This document shows positions 52,405 through 53,444 of a stretch of DNA of 53,444 nucleotides, in pieces (position 1 is the first letter of the stretch; every line of letters begins with the position of its first letter). Both the position numbers and the translations under genes were made by a program. The stretch comes from a virus. Taxonomy: Duplodnaviria; Caudoviricetes. Where the stretch lies: positions 1 to 53,444 of IMG/VR virus record IMGVR_UViG_3300007609_000025. One strand, 5' to 3'. The notes under the pieces were generated by a model. It did not search any database, was not told the DNA's origin, and was given only the letters and a program-made list of their open reading frames with translations.

Positions 52405-53292
52405 TTACACAGCCATATCCATTTTTATTGCGGGATGATGTGTATAATTTTTGAGGGTAAACATACTAACAGTGTTTATGTCAAACTCACTTTTTAAACC
52501 TTCAGATAAGTTAAAGTCATTTGATATTTCTATAGTTGGTAGAGGGTATTCAGTTCTTGTTAACTGCTCTTTAACTTGTGGTATATGGTTTAAATAAATG
52601 TGAGCATCTCCAATAGTGTGTACAAGGTCTCCCACATCAAGACTGCACTCGCGAGCAATAATATGAGTAAGCAGTGCGTATGAAGCAATGTTAAATGGAA
52701 CCCCAAGAGCTGCATCAGCAGATCTTTGATACATCTGACAACTCAGGCGTCCATTGTATACGCGAAACTGGGAGAATACGTGACAGGGGGGTAGCGCCAT
52801 AGCATTGTTCTGGTTAGGATTCCAGGCGGATAGTATGAGTCGTCGTGAGTTAGGGTTAGTTTGGATTTCATTAAGCAACCATTCGATCTGGTCAGTTCCT
52901 CTGTGGGGATTGAAACCGTCGAAGTTGCGCCATTGATAGCCGTAAACTGGTCCAAGTCCTTTATAGAAGTCGTGGTGTTCATAGCCGAGATCTTTACCTT
53001 GGGCATTTGCATTAGCAGTCCAGATAGTCTTTTTTTCAACAAGCTCTGTTCGGTCTTTGGCATATGTAAGTTCAGCCAGTCTTCGTTCATCTGTGCTTCC
53101 CTCAAGAAACCAGATAAGTTCTCCAACAACTGCTCTCCATGCGAGTTTTTTTGTGGTAACTGCAGGAAATCCATCTTGTAGTTTGAATTGCATTTGGTAT
53201 CCGAATATGGATTTTGTTCCCACCCCAGTTCTGTCTTTTGTTTCTTCGCCATGCGCTAAAATATCCTTTAACAGTTTATGATATTGCTTCAT
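52405..53292 (-). CDS. thyA: Thymidylate synthase
   Basis: DRTGVGT, GPVYGYQWR, SRRLI.SAWNP, LPPCH, YQRSAD, GVPFNIASY, GDAHIYLNH. Confidence 0.98.
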   Translation of the reverse strand: MKQYHKLLKDILAHGEETKDRTGVGTKSIFGYQMQFKLQDGFPAVTTKKLAWRAVVGELIWFLEGSTDERRLAELTYAKDRTELVEKKTIWTANANAQGKDLGYEHHDFYKGLGPVYGYQWRNFDGFNPHRGTDQIEWLLNEIQTNPNSRRLILSAWNPNQNNAMALPPCHVFSQFRVYNGRLSCQMYQRSADAALGVPFNIASYALLTHIIARECSLDVGDLVHTIGDAHIYLNHIPQVKEQLTRTEYPLPTIEISNDFNLSEGLKSEFDINTVSMFTLKNYTHHPAIKMDMAV

Positions 53293-53294
53293 AT

Positions 53295-53444
53295 TTACTT
53301 TTTCCTGTACTTCTCAATTAAAAGACCCCCAAACGTTTCAGAAGTGCTTAAGTAAAAATGCTGTGTATCAATTTCAATAAATGTATCACAGTCAAATGCC
53401 CCTTGAATACGGCTTACCCAAACTTCTTCGATTATAGGTAAGCA
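53295..53444 (-). CDS. folA: Dihydrofolate reductase, 3' part (partial)
   Basis: Reads CLPIIEEVWVSRIQGAFDCDTFIE...KYRKK-stop, directly upstream of thyA. Confidence 0.75.
   Translation of the reverse strand, partial: CLPIIEEVWVSRIQGAFDCDTFIEIDTQHFYLSTSETFGGLLIEKYRKK

Noticed and set aside
52743-53252. 169-aa alternative-frame ORF inside thyA
   Set aside because: Fully nested in a conserved enzyme gene with no motif or SD; likely chance.
52405-53292. Intron or intein in thyA (or in terL)
   Set aside because: Both ORFs are continuous and of ordinary length; the thyA extra residues are short inserts.
1-53444. Enrichment of GANTC sites as a clue to an alphaproteobacterial host
   Set aside because: Spot counts by eye varied widely between regions and can be explained by DS/ES codons; a proper k-mer test is needed.
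1-53444. tRNA, rRNA, integrase, transposase or alternative genetic code
   Set aside because: Intergenic gaps are tiny and show no cloverleaf; long ORFs read cleanly with TAA, TAG and TGA all used as stops.

Overview
This window is part of an AT-rich tailed dsDNA phage genome and holds almost the whole virion morphogenesis region. Genes lie on the + strand from 1 to 51575 and on the - strand from 51611 to the end. (i) 1-13.8 kb is an accessory block of fibre/adhesin-like proteins (beta-propellers, LamG, an S74-chaperoned coiled-coil fibre, three paralogous six-bladed Kelch-like proteins) interleaved with three 2OG-Fe(II) oxygenases and a SAM methyltransferase. (ii) 13.8-25 kb is a T5-like head/neck/tail block: TerL, HNH nickase, portal, prohead protease fused in frame to the major capsid protein, head completion, tail completion and terminator, tail tube, and frameshifted tail chaperones. 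(iii) 25-39.9 kb is a 4967-aa tape-measure protein. (iv) 39.9-49.4 kb is a lambda-type M-L-K-I-J tail tip. (v) Then come spanins, a sulfotransferase, a holin-like gene, and convergent glutaredoxin-like, membrane, thyA and partial DHFR genes. The spanin lipoprotein implies a Gram-negative host; a marine host is only my impression from gene content. The most notable observations are: a candidate variable-propeller plus modifying-enzyme system for virion decoration; a protease-capsid fusion with an internal promoter and RBS; a structured intergenic RNA whose anti-SD loop has two alternative partners; and a giant TMP that looks segmented by three copies of a TMP C-terminal motif. All family assignments come from motif recognition by eye; no database searches or computations were run.
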